Shown: positions 35,835 to 48,965 of the stretch, one piece after another
Layout: each line of letters opens with the position of its first letter
How positions within the stretch are numbered: the first letter of the stretch is position 1
Assembly: GCA_951406725.2 (NCBI GenBank)
Contig: OX597818.1
Location: 108,686,001-108,750,000, forward strand
DNA: 64,000 nt
Direction: 5' to 3'
From: Octopus vulgaris
Lineage: Eukaryota
Made by a program: the position numbers and the translations under genes
The notes under the pieces: generated by a model
Seen by the model: the letters and a program-made list of their open reading frames with translations, nothing else
What the model was told of the DNA's origin: nothing
Database searches by the model: none

Positions 35835-36310
35835 CAAACTAGAAATTCTTGAAGGTTGTCTTCAACAGTTCTTCTCTAAATCTTAGTTTTTGGCAAAAGT
35901 CTGTAATTTTATTCTTGATTTCATTGAAATTTGAATTTTGTGAAGTTGGTGTGAATTGAAGTCCCTCTGCAAACATGCTTATTTGTTCTGTTGTTAATAT
36001 TGTACTGAATAAATTTAAAACTTTTGCTTGTTCCGTTTGGTGTCCACTTCCCTGCGCTGAGAATTCTAGAAAAATAGTTTTGAACATTTCAGTTTCGTAG
36101 ACTTATTTTATTTCTATATCCATTGTTGTAAACAACAGAATTATGTTGTCTGCCATAATTATTTACAAATTCATTTTCCCTCTTTCTATTTTCAACGTCT
36201 TTTCTCCCATAATTGTATTTTCCTTGTTCTGGGAACTTTTTAGACTTTGTGGAATATTCTTTTCTTCTGGACAATGGATAGCTTTCAATCATTGCTTTGA
36301 TGCCCTGCAT
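35835..36310 (-). mobile_element. Penelope-like element N-terminal region (same element as 32330-34320)
   Basis: VLNLFSTILTTEQISMFAEGLQFTPT...DFCQKLRFRE matches the PLE N-terminal NLS...LT..E...L.KGL.F.PT motif. Confidence 0.75.
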
Positions 36311-37248
36311 CTTGGTTGATTTCTGTTGAATTCATACCCCCACCCCCACCTGGCGGTTGTGATTCACTCTCTGTACAAACACACACACACACGTGTATAC
36401 ACATCATCAATAGATATGGTGACTTGAGATTTCTAATTATTGATTTGAAATTGGTAAAATGCTTCCAGAGACATGTGGAGGTGTATTGATGAGTAATGAA
36501 CGACAGGAAGGGTGATCAAAATAGGCAACGACGACACATTTAGAGCGATCGATTGTTCACAATTCTGGGATCAAATTCTCTTCTGAGCTGGAATTTATCC
36601 TTGATCTGATTGATTCCAAATGTTTCTTTCCTACAAGGCATATCTGGAGATACTCGACATTGTACAATAAGTGTCTGTGTGTCACGAATACCTAAAAGCT
36701 ATCACGTCTAAAGCAGAGTCTCCAATACATGTAACTTGTATAGCCCCGGGCTCTCTTTTCCAGGTCATTCCTTATTGTGTGTTGTAGCCCAGGCTCAGCA
36801 CTAATCAATTTCTTAATTGCAATTAAGGTCTGAGTCACTGAGGCAAGTTGATTAAGCTGCTGGAAATAGCAAGCAAGTCTTCATCAACTCAGGGTCTAAT
36901 AGTTAAAAAAAGAAAGACAAGTGGCTGCTGTAGTCCTAGATGCACAATGCCAGAATAAATAGAGGATCTATTTTGTAGTTCTACTTGTGCAATGCTGACC
37001 TGGGGTTGAACGGTAGAGAGGAAACTTTAATAGGCTATTAAAACCTTTGATGTTGTTGCTATCTAGGAATGCTTTATCTAAAGTATCCTTCCTTTTAAAG
37101 GTGGTAAGAAGTGACCAGAGAGTAACTTGGTTGCTATTTCTAGCTGGATAAGTGTCTCCTTTATTACTACTAATAATAATAATGATGTTGGAAATTTTTG
37201 ACAGAAGATTGAAATTATCAAAGTATTTATATAAATGCAATATTGTAA

Positions 37249-37283
<35 letters not shown>

Positions 37284-37685
37284 TAATTCAATACGAGTTG
37301 GTTCCAGTACTGTCCTGCATTAAGTAGATGTCTCATTATTTCTCTCAGCTACAACTTATTCAAATATTAACACTTTGATTTGTTTGTCTTGTAAGAAGCA
37401 AAGTCCTTCTGTCTGGCCTTTGTATCAGAGTGGGGAAACTGACAAACTGTTGTTAGTGTATTGAATTATTTTCTGCAATTGCTGACGAATAGCTGCAGCA
37501 AGCATTGTTCTGGCAGACCAACGGCCCATTGATAACACCTCTGAAAATGTCTAATTGAACCAACACGTCAAATGTCAAGCTTAGGAACCACACTGCACAT
37601 ACCTGCACAGTTTGGAAATGTATTTAAACGGACAGGCCAAGCATGTTACCTCTAGCTCAGTGTTTAATGTTTCTTTTCTGCTTTA

Positions 37686-39530
37686 TATGGTTGCATGGTA
37701 AGAATCTTGCTTCCCAACCACATGGTTCCAAGTTCAGTCCCACTGCATGGCACCCTGGACAAGTGTCTTCTACTATAACCTCAGACTGAGCAAAGCCTAG
37801 TGAGTGGATCAGGTAGATTGAAACTGTAAGAAACCCATTATATATTTGTGTGTCTGTGTATAGTTTTCTTGATAAATAATAGAATAAAAAGCCAACCACA
37901 TGGTTCCAAGTTCAGTCCCACTGCGTGGGACCCTGGACAAGTGTCTTCTACTATAACCTCAGACTGTGGATATAACCAGTGGATCTGGTAGATGGAAACT
38001 GAAAGAAGCCCATTATATGTTTGTGTATCTGTGTATAGTTTTCTTGATAAATAATAGAACTAAAAGCTAACCACATGGTTCCATGTTCAGTCCCACTGCG
38101 TAGCACCTTGGAAAAGTGTCTTCTAATATAACCTGAGACTGAGCAAAGCCTAGTGAGTGGATCTGGTAGATGGAAACTGAAAGAAGCCCATTATATGTGT
38201 GTGTGTGTCTGTGTATAGTTTTCTTGATAAATAATAGAATAAAAAGCCAACCACATGGTTCCAAGTTCAGTCCCACTGCGTAGCACCTTGGAAAAGTGTC
38301 TTCTAATATAACCTGAGACTGAGCAAAGCCTAGTGAGTGGATCTGGTAGATGGAAACTGAAAGAAGCCCATTATATGTTTGTGTGTCTGTGTATAGATTT
38401 CTTGATAAATAATAGAACTTAAAGCCAACCACATGGTTCCAAGTTCAGTCCCACTGCGTGGCACCTTGGACAAGTGTCTTCTAATATAACCTCAGACTGA
38501 GCAAAGCCTAGTGAGTGGATCTGGTAGATGGAAACTGAAAGAAGCCCATTATATGTTTGTGTATCTGTGTATAGATTTCTTGATAAATAATAGAACTTAA
38601 AGCCAACCACATGGTTCCCAGTTCAGTCCCACTGCATGGCACCTTGGACAAGTGTCTTCTACTATAACCTCAGACTGAGCAAAGCCTAGTGAGTGGATCT
38701 GGTAGATGGAAACTGAAAGAAGCCCATTATACGTGCGTGTATCTGTGTATAGTTTTCTTGATAAATAATAGAACTAAAAGCCAACCACATAGTTCCAAGT
38801 TCAGTACAACTGCGTGGCACCCTGGACAAGTGTCTTCTAATATAACCTCAGACTGAGCAAAGCCTAGTGAGTGGATCTGGTAGATGGAAACTGAAAGAAG
38901 CCCATTCTACGTGCGTGTGTGTGTTTGTATAGTTTTCTTGATAAATAATAGAACTAAAAGCTAACCACATGGTTCCATATTCAGTCCAACTCTGTGGCAC
39001 CATGGACAAGTGTTTTCTACTGTAACCTCAGACTGAGCAAAGCCTAGTGAGTGGAGATGGTAGATGGAAACTGAAAGAAGCCCATTATATGTGTGTGTGT
39101 GTCTGTGTATAGTTTTCTTGATAAATAATAGAACTAAAAGCCAACCACATAGTTCCAAGTTCAGTCCCACTGCATGGCACCTTGGACAAGTGTCTTCTAC
39201 TGTAACCTCAGACTGAGCAAAGCCTAGTGAGTGGATCTGGTAGATGGAAACTGAAAGAAGCCCATTATATGTGTGTGTCTGTGTATAGTTTTTTTATAAT
39301 GAACTAAAAGACGGGTGATCAAATAGGCAATGATGGCACATTTAGAGTGATCAATGCTTGACTACTAGCGTTGCTGTGTTTACATTCTCATATCTCAGCA
39401 GTTCGGCATAAGAGACCGATAGAATAAGTACCAAGCTTTAAAAAGATAAATGCTGGGATTGACTAAAAATTCAAGGCTGTGCCCCAGCATGGCCACAATC
39501 AAATGTCTAATACAAGTAAAATGGTTAAAG
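37686..39530 (+). repeat. Tandem array of 9 x ~178 bp units derived from the SINE-A 5' half, embedded in one SINE copy
   Basis: Unit starts ~37713, 37891, 38066, 38246, 38424, 38602, 38780, 38960, 39140. Degenerate SINE head only before unit 1; SINE 3' half resumes ~39355. Confidence 0.95.
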
Positions 39531-42224
39531 GTTACCTACGCTAATTGCAACGGCTGTGAGTAGAAATAGGAAATCAGGAGACATTGTTTGGAATTTGGTC
39601 TCAACAGGTGGAAATCCAGTTTACCTTGAAAGCAAGAAAAGTAATTGGTTTGCAGAAATATTTTCATCTTGTTTCTGCAATATTACAAGGTGGACGTTAT
39701 TTAGTTTCCATCCCTTTACATTCAGTTTAATTCCTTCCTCCTCTCCACTCCGACCAAAGTTAACTCTTTTGTCTTTGATCATTTTGTGATCAATAAAATA
39801 TCCCAGTTATTTACCGGGACTGAGAAACCGTGTGTGCCTTCCACCCAGCATATGTAGCTTGTGTGTGTGTGTGTCTGTGTGTCAAAAATCAATATTCTAT
39901 TCTTTTTGAAATCTCCAATTCTTCTCCCCCACCCCCACAGCTATATTTTTATAGCCACTTGGTTATTCACTAAACAACTCTAATATTAATACCCAAGAAG
40001 GTGCCATCAAATATACTTGTATAACACTCCGTATTTAAATTAGGTGCGAGATGTTTTTGTCTCTAGTTATACGGCAGAGGACATGCAGCTAACTTTTTCA
40101 TTAAATATTTATTATTACAATCTCTTTAAACACATTACATTGTTTCTGCTTGCGTGTTTTCTCTCTCAAGTGCTGTTCAGAGTAATACTTGATGTCTTCA
40201 CATTTACAAAACATCAACAACAAACTAATATTAGTGAAGCCATAACTCATTTAATAGTTCTGAAAGATTCGTATATTGGTAACGGCAGTTAATAGGTAGA
40301 GCGCCATCAACATTTTCTTCCTTTATTGAAGCAAAGTCAAAATAAAACAATAAAGTTAATAAATAAAAGATTACAAAAAAAAAAAAGGACAAATTTGATA
40401 TTCTCAAGGTTTTGATTTATTTATTTTTATTCATAGGCATTAACAATATAAAATTTAATAAATTATTATAATTTAAGCGATGACTAATAAATAGCTTCAA
40501 CAATTTTCAGTAGCTAATATATTAACAGCAGAAAAGACTTGAATAAGACAAGTGTTGCCAATGGAATATTGGTAAGACACAGTAGATATGTCAATATATG
40601 TGACAGACAAACAGACAGACATAGGAAACTTTTATAACTTTCAATTGTTACAAATATTCAATGATAATTTATTTCAAAACTTGGGAGGTCAAACAATGTT
40701 CAATGAAAATTTATTTCTAAGCGTCTAAGGTCAGAGAAACTCATTAAAAATAGTTTAATATTTGCAGTATATTAGTGAAAGCTGGCATGTATAAACATGT
40801 TAAATATATTTTATATCATATTACAAATTTTAATGAGCAATAAACTCCTCTCCTCTGCTTCTAGCACAGCAGAAGCTCATTCATTATCCGTTTCAGAATT
40901 AAAGAGTTGCAGCAAAGATAAAGTGAAGTATTTCCTCTTTATAAAGATCGACTTTGGTTTTAGTGAAAGCAGCAAAACATATAAGAGAAGGCCCAGGCTC
41001 TAAAACCAGTCACTGCACTCCTTTAATGATGAGGAGCTCAAGACAGTCCTGTTGTCAGAGTGGTGATGGGCAGATGGGTTAAATGTTACAGGTTCATAAT
41101 CAAATACCTTGTATGTGTATTTGAATAAAGCCATACAATGTCCAATCAACTAGACCTGTCACCAAAGACACTCTAACGGCAACAAGAGTCTTTCCAAACA
41201 CTTCATAATATACTATATTGTCTGGTATGTCCCTCCTAATTTTAAAGATGGCAGATTGTGATTTGGTTCCTATTTCTAGAAGGTCAGGTAAGCACTTAGC
41301 CCTCACACTGGCATACCACTATGTGGAATGGTTCAGTTTTCTGCTACAGCAACTTACACTGCAGAGTTCAAATTTTTCCCGAGAGAAACTCATGTATGTA
41401 TTAAAATGCTGAGCACTGTTGTGTTTTGTAACTGTAATTGTACAAGGGAGCAGTAGGACATGGCTTAGCAACTAACTGGACAGGGCAGATGTAAATAATC
41501 ATTTAGACAACTTCTCGATTAGCGGAAATTATATCTAATTACGTATTGAGAGTTTAAAACATGTAAGGGACTCTTTGACAATAGATTTAATCTACAGAAC
41601 AATTACAATCAGAAAAAGTTGCTTGGTGCATTAATAATTCATTGAACTAACTGCTGCCAATATACTATTTATGCAAATCAGGTTTTTGTGATTAGTGAAG
41701 TCCTTTAATCACTGTTCACATAAACAGACAACAGAAAGGTGCTTGGTTTCTGATATCTACAATATAACTGATCCCTTTCTGTGTCCACGGAAATATATAA
41801 AAGTACTTCTTTACAGGCTGTGTCTTTTAACCATTGCACTCCTACCATAATTAATATATAATACAATCACAGAATCAAAACCTATCATGATGTTCAATCC
41901 AAAGTAAATATATGTTAATATGAAAAGTGGTGGAAGTCCCAGTACACTCTAGTATTTTCTGTTAGTGATTTTTCATGTTAACTTTTATCAACTAACCCCA
42001 CTAACCTCTGAAATATAAAGTGTATGATGGTACAGGACTTCAAATGCACATAACATTAGTGATATTAAGATGTTAACTGAAAAGGTTACCTACAATCAAA
42101 TTAAAATCATGTTTCATAAATACTCGAGATCCCAAATTGTAGGATCTTGATTAAATTCTATGGAATATTCCAGCTTAGTAGTTAAAGTAAACATCTGACT
42201 CAATATTTTCTCATATTAAACATT

Positions 42225-42443
42225 TATTAAGCCATATCCGGCCCAAATATTCAATTTGTTTTATGTTCAAAGTGGCCAGACCCAGCCTCTCACACCTACC
42301 CTACAATATCATTCTAAAAGTGAAAAAAAAAAAAGAAACTGCTTCATCAAAATCTCAGTTATGAGATAATGCGTGGTTAATTGAAAACAATAATGAATAA
42401 AGCATTACATTTGACTGAATGATCTAAATGCTAAAGAGTTAAT
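42225..42443. mobile_element. TTAA-ended MITE
   Basis: TCACACCTACCCTACAAT core; ends AATGCTAAAGAGTTAA. Confidence 0.7.
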
Positions 42444-44448
42444 CATAATTGTGCTCAGCAAACATGACCAAGAAGTTATTTTTCTAGCTTGTAGAGTTTT
42501 TATTGTACTATGGAATATATATATAACATATTCTCAGTAGTTCTCTGTCATTTTAAGATTTCCTTGTTCTTTCGAGTGTGGAGGGATGGGGGGGGGGGGC
42601 GTCTTAATTCTAGCTCAACTGCAATGGATACTGCTGCAGAATTTCAATGTGATGTGACCACAGTTGAACCATGTATCCTTGTACATAGACACAAAGATTT
42701 GATTGGCAGAAATGAATAATAAAATCATTGACGAATATCAAAATACTAACCAGAAAGAAATAATAGCAGACCGAATGAAGCCATGCTACAGCAGACAAAC
42801 AATGGGTCGGGGGGGGGGGGCGTGCGAGCTGAAACTTAATAATACCAGAAGCAGACATGTTGGTCAGTTGAACTTTGACATTTGGGCCACTTGAGGCATG
42901 ACTACTTTAATCTGTCTCTAAGTTGACATCACCTGGAAACACGAGTGATATGTGAAGCATTAATCTTATTCAGGTTCATCACTTGGCTATTTGGAAGGTT
43001 ATCAAAAGTACTTGTGATCTTGCAGCCCTATGGGGGGGGGGGACACACACACAAGGAGCTTGTTATTGTCCTCATCATGTAATGAGAGAGAGAGGGGGAG
43101 GGTGGGGTGGGGGAAGGGAATGTTTTCTGTCAGGCCATGTTGTAAATAGACTTTACACTTCTATTGGATTATCATCCTTGTATCCTGTTCATGTCAAAAG
43201 TGAAGCCAGCTGCCATTTTAGCTTCTGTTAAGTCAAGTAGGATGTTTCTTAATGCATGTCAATTTGTGGTGAGCTTATAATTAGTGATCCCTGAACTGTA
43301 AAGATCCAATAATCATGAGAGGGGGGAAAAAAAAAAAACCTCTTTCAAATAAAAAATACCTTGTGTGGTTCTTGTTCTGCCAAGTCAAACAATCCTTTGT
43401 CACTCTCCACATTAGAAACAGGAATTTGGTGATTGACCCCAGTGTCAGTCAATTATGATTATAAATATTAAAGATCATTGAAAGACTATGGAATGGAGCA
43501 TTTCTTAAATTAAGGATATTTGCTCTAATAGTGATACAACATTTGTTTACAACTATGATAGAATAACAGCAGTTAAACAAATAATCTGGTGATAGAAAAT
43601 ATATTTGCTGAGTACAACACATAATTGCTTTAGCTAGGAAAATAAAAGCTCAAAACTGCTTTTATTTACTTAAAAATTCAATGACTATGTTTCTGAAACA
43701 CTCTAGAGTTTGTAGCATTAATATTTTACCTTAATTATTGTGGGTGTAAAGAAAATATAGACAAAAGCTTAATCCTATAAAAGATCTGAAAATGTAGCTT
43801 CAGAAAGAGTAAATCAAACAGCAAAACGTTTTCTGGGGATGAAAACATAAAGGACAACCACTTTCTATAATTATGTGTGATTTAACCATAAAACACATTC
43901 TGGAAGAGGAGGTAAGAAATCGAGAACAGAAAATAATTATTTGCAGTAACAGTCAAACCATTTATTTGAAATTGGTAAGAATTACATAATGAAAATGCTA
44001 GTCAAAACAAAATATCACCTGAGTTTGGATTAATAAGGAGACTGTTCTTGAAATGAAAACCATTGACCAGGTAGAGCCCTTTACACCACAAAGATCTAAA
44101 ATAAAATTTTAAAAACTCCCTGGTCACACAAACAAACAAAAATCAGAAATTTCCATTTTCTAACCAATAACTTTCACACTCACAGGAGAATGAAACTATT
44201 TCCATCAATACTAACCCCTCCCCACTATTTGTCCAGGAGCACAAATCATTCACTAAACATGGACATTTGAAAGATATTTGCATATTTGATGAAAATATTA
44301 TTATTATGTTATAGATATGTTGTGAACAAAATTATAAAGAGTAATTCTCCACCCTGCAAGATCTTATCAATTCATTTATAATAATATAATTTAGCTAATA
44401 AGAATGAGTTTTAAATCTTGTAGCATATCCACAAAGTGTTATCATGAA

Positions 44449-44880
44449 TACTTTGAGGATTGGAGCACAGATTGTTTGCCAATATAATATGACAGTCCTG
44501 GTTTAGGACAACTGTTGCTGTAATTTAGCCCCAGGAGACATCGTCTCCAACTAGCTATACGCCATGATTGGTGTCTTTATATTTTCGAACAAGAGAATCT
44601 AGCACCCCCACTCAGCTCAAAACAATATCTGTGAACTGTGATTTCTAGGTTATTCTAGGTCATCAGCACAGAACAATTATTCTGTGCTGATGAAGTGAAA
44701 TAACCTGAAAATCGCGATACACAGATATTGTTTTGAGCTGAGATGGGGTGCTAGATTCCCTTGTTCGAAAATATACGGGCAAAGACGTGTCATATAGCCA
44801 GCTGGGGCTAAATTACAGCAACATTCATCCTAAACCAGGACCACCATGTTATGTTGGCAAACAATCTGTACTCCAAAGTA
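44449..44880. repeat. ~430-bp palindrome with a hammerhead motif in each arm
   Basis: Arms pair to within a few nt of the centre (~44676); hammerhead-like motifs at 44681-44725 (+) and 44628-44672 (-). Confidence 0.9.
44681..44725 (+). ncRNA. Minimal hammerhead-like motif
   Basis: TCTGTG-CTGATGA-(13 nt)-GAAA-ATCGCGA-TA-CACAGA. Perfect 6-bp stem I and palindromic stem III region; stem II poorly paired. Confidence 0.55.
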
Positions 44881-45109
44881 CTGTTGCTGAATATCTCTCA
44901 TCGTGAGATTTTAAAAAATAGTCATTTTCTAATTTTGAGGAATGTTTGAAAAGAGATCAGTGTTCTAAGATGGATTATGTTCTCTGCTTAGTATTCTGGC
45001 TAAATGGACAATGTATGTCAGGAAGATGAAAATGGCAAATGGAATGGAAGTATGTAAAGTAGGCTTGAAAGGGAAAAAGAAAATCATTCCTTTTCTTAAT
45101 AAGTTCTTG

Positions 45110-45450
45110 TCTCTTTTACTTGTCTCAGTCATTAGACAGTGGCCTAGCTGGGGCACTAACTTGAAGAATTTTAGTTAAACTAATCAACCCCAATACTTTT
45201 ATTTTGGTTTTAAGGCCAGGTGCTTATTCTATCAGTCTCTTTTGCCAAACTCCTACATTATGAGTACAGATGCAAAGTCATAAACCCGTATACATACAAC
45301 AGGCTTCTTTCAGTTTCCATTTAATAAATCCACTCATAAAGCCTGAGGCTATAGTAGACAACATGCCAAAGGTGCCATGCAGTGGGACTGAACCCGGGAC
45401 CATGTGACTGGGAAGCAAACTTCTTGCCACACAAGCATGCTTGCACCTAT
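45110..45450 (-). mobile_element. SINE family A
   Basis: Reverse complement of family-A blocks. Confidence 0.8.
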
Positions 45451-45494
45451 AGCCACATGTCTACATGTGATTATATAACTTACCTATGTATATA

Positions 45495-45800
45495 GGAGCA
45501 CTCTGTCAGTTACGACAACAAGGGTCCCAGCTGATACGATCAACGGAACAGCTTGCTCGTGAAAGTAACATGCAAGTGGCTGAGAACTCCACAGACACAT
45601 GTACCCTTAACGTAGTTCTCGGGGTAAATTCAGCATGACACAGAGTGTGACAAGGCTGGTCCTTTTAATTGCAGGTACAACTCATGATGGAAGTACTGTG
45701 AAATAAAGTGTCTTGCTCGAGGACACAACGTGTCACTGGGAACTGAACTCACGACCTTACGATTGTGAGCCGAATGCCCTAACCACTAAGCCATGCACTT
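45495..45800 (-). mobile_element. tRNA-derived SINE family C
   Basis: A box TGGCTTAGTGG, B box GAGTTCAGTTCC, GTGTCCTCGAGCAAGACACTTTATTTCAC box; related pieces at ~9425-9600 and 63945-63990. Confidence 0.75.
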
Positions 45801-48559
45801 TCCCACACGCACATATATATGTATATATACATAACAACGTTAAGGCCAACCACCATCCTCATCATTGCCAACATCACAACTACTACCATCCACTGATACT
45901 ACATTTCAAATGCAACAATCTGTGCTGTGATGCTGCAGAAGGGTCATTTACTTTCTATTTAGAGAGTAGTAAATCAAAATAGGATCTTCCTCAGAGAGAG
46001 AGAGAGAGAAGCAGTAAAAGTTTCCTGACACCAGTGATCTGCAGTGAGTTGTTTAGATAGAGGGGGAAAAAAAAACGAAAAAGAGAGAGAGAAAAGAAAG
46101 CTGGCAGCAGTCGCAGAGAAGTAAATCTTTCAAAACAGCAAAGGAAGCAGGAGTGAGTTGATGCCGAACATGAAATTACAGAGAAGGCCGAAAATATTGC
46201 TGTCAAAGTTACAGGAACATAATCAAGTTAAAGCAATCGTTCAAGATTTATAGGACAAAGGAGACAAAATATAAACTAAAATACAATTAAGAGAGAGAGA
46301 GGTTAAACTGGAGTTTCTTTTTCATTTTTTTCCCTCCCTCCATTTTGCTCACTTGATCTTTTCTATCTTCAAACTAATTCTGCTGTTGTTGTACAACAGA
46401 AAATAAAAGTATCACCTATGCTATGTAGGTACAAATTCTCACTCTGCAATCAATCATCAACTTCTTTTTTGATTATTATTATTATTATTATTATGTGCTT
46501 CTGGGGAAGGAAAATGGGTAGATTTTGAGCTTCTGGTAAGTTAAAGTACAACATTCAGAAAATAGTGAGTTGCTTGTATTTAAAAGACATGAAACTGGGG
46601 AAAAAAAAAAACCCAAATACGTTAAATTTATGTGGGGAATTTGCTGGTTGGAGACCAGCAAATTCTTAGAGTTGCAGCCAATATGACCAGAAGGGAACAC
46701 TAAAATTGGTTGAAATATTTAATTTAATATGATGTTATTTTTCATTCTAATGATGACCATAAGATAACAACAAAGCTGTTATGTAATGAAATGGATAAAA
46801 GTGAACATTTGGTTGGTAGGCAGAGAAAACATTTTGGAAACTCATTAAAAGACAGATATCAACAAAGACAATAGGGAAAAATTGGCTAAAGAAAGACCAC
46901 GATAACATATTTTAATATACAGAAGTGGGTGGGAAAACTGTTGATATCACAGAAAAGAAAAAAAAAAGACACAGAACAAATTTATATTCACATGTAAATG
47001 AAGAGGAGAGACTGGATGTGATATCAGTAAAATTTGGAATTATAAATCACTTGTGAATGTTCAAGTAAAATGAAGTATACCACAAAAAAAAAAAAAAGGC
47101 AGTGTGGTCCTTACAACTTGTGAACACTACTTCTCATTTTGACAATGGTATTATGACAGTGAAAGGAGATAAGGTGGAGATTGGGGCCTGTGGTAGGATA
47201 TCAACTGATGTTGGTTTTCTTTCAAGAGAAAAAACAAGATGAGCTTGCAAGTACACTAATATTAGTGAAAAGTGACAAGAGTTGGGCCATAAATATTAAC
47301 AACAGAATCTACAAGTAACTGAGATTTGTTAATGTGGTTGAAAACAAGAAATAGATATTTTCACAGTGCAGGAAAGAGGTTTTTAAAATATTCTATGAGA
47401 GAGCTGCAAAGGAGATGAATGGAAGACAGAAACTAGAAGAATAATATATTTGTTAAAACAAAATGGGAAATGGAATTGCTTCTCAAAGAGGAAATTGGAA
47501 AATAACTTGGTAATATTTGAGTAGAAAACTGTAAAAAATGTTGCACTGAATCTATGTTCAAAGTATGGCATAGATTCACAATAATCGAGGTATTGGAATG
47601 TAAGAGATGACACAGATTTTGTAGTATGCAGGTTGGAGAAATATAACTACAAAGATGTGAGATAGGATGTGGGAAAGTTTGTGAAGTAACAGTCTATAGA
47701 AGAAGACAGGAAGGGATGCCACACCAGCCTTGGTGAGATTTAAAACGATAGAAATAGGGAATGATCATATTAGGTGCAATGGAAAGGGATTAGAAAAGTA
47801 CGATAATACCATAAGTGTTGCTGCAGAAGGTGGAATTCACCAATACAGTAAAGACTATAAGCAATTAGCAAGCTCCAGAAATTGACAAAAGTCTCTAATT
47901 TCAGGCTAAAATACTTAATCAGTTTTCATAACTCTGTGGTGACAACATTCAGTGGATTGGTGAATGGACCAGAATCAAAACCCAGCTGGTTACATGAAGG
48001 GAAAACAATCCTAGTTTCCCCAAATCACAAATCAATAATAAGTAGTATACAAAGTTCTAAAATATAGACATCTATGTTCATGTAGATAATAATAATGTCT
48101 TAGCAGAGAAAGAGACGAGACCACCACTACAACAGGAGGAAAAAAAAAAAAAAAGGCATAGATTATTACCCAAAAGAGTTTGACAGCGTATATGCTGACG
48201 ACTATTGAAAAGTCTACATAATACATAAAGCAGCCTTGATACTAAAACGGTTACAAAAGAAGCCTTTCCACTCCTTCTGAAGATAATAAAACGCATAGTT
48301 TTGGAAGATAGACATGCATCTGGTGGTGTTGTAAAAATTCACATGGAATTATTGAAAACACATAATGCTAAACAAGTCAGTGATTAATTGAGCCTTATTG
48401 ATTCAATTAACTGTCGCAGCTGTACAATATATAATGCAGAACCAACTGGACAAAAGTGGAACAAGAAATATTAAACTGGTTTATTAGGAATATTACAACA
48501 GAGTAAGACATCTTTTATCCATAATCCAATGCTTAAAGTATCTCTTTCCTAATTTTCTA

Positions 48560-48910
48560 TGCAGGCATGGCTGTGTACTAAGAAGATTGTTTCTCCAACC
48601 ACATGGTTCCAGGTTCAGTCCCTTAAAATGGCACCTTGGGCAACCTTGTGAGTGGATCTGGTAGACAGAAACTGAAAGAAGCCCATCCTATGGGTGTGTG
48701 TGTGTGTGTTTGTGTTTATCCCCCCCACCACTGACAACAGGTGTTAGTGTGTTTATGTTCTTGTAATTTAATGGCTTAGCAAAAGAGACCGATAGAATAA
48801 GTACTATGTTTAAAAAATAGAATACTGGGGTTGATTTATTCAAATGAAACTTCAAGGTAGTGCTGCAGCATGGTCGTAATCTATTGACTGAAACAAGAAG
48901 AAGATAAAAG
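48560..48910 (+). mobile_element. SINE family A inside the Dong element
   Basis: Family-A blocks. Confidence 0.85.
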
Positions 48911-48965
48911 AAATGCATATCTAGTAGTGAAACACACACACCCCCTTAGTAAATATTGAACAACT

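Noticed and set aside
37713-39310. CRISPR-like array or repeated protein-coding ORFs (MVGFKFYYLSR...)
   Set aside because: Units are repeated in full with no unique spacers and derive from a SINE; the ORFs are antisense by-products.
40947-41082. Open frame after a pyrimidine tract (STLVLVKAAKHIREGPGSK...)
   Set aside because: Weak splice signals, no partner exons and no homology recognised; similar weak cases at 22723, 42614 and 50230.
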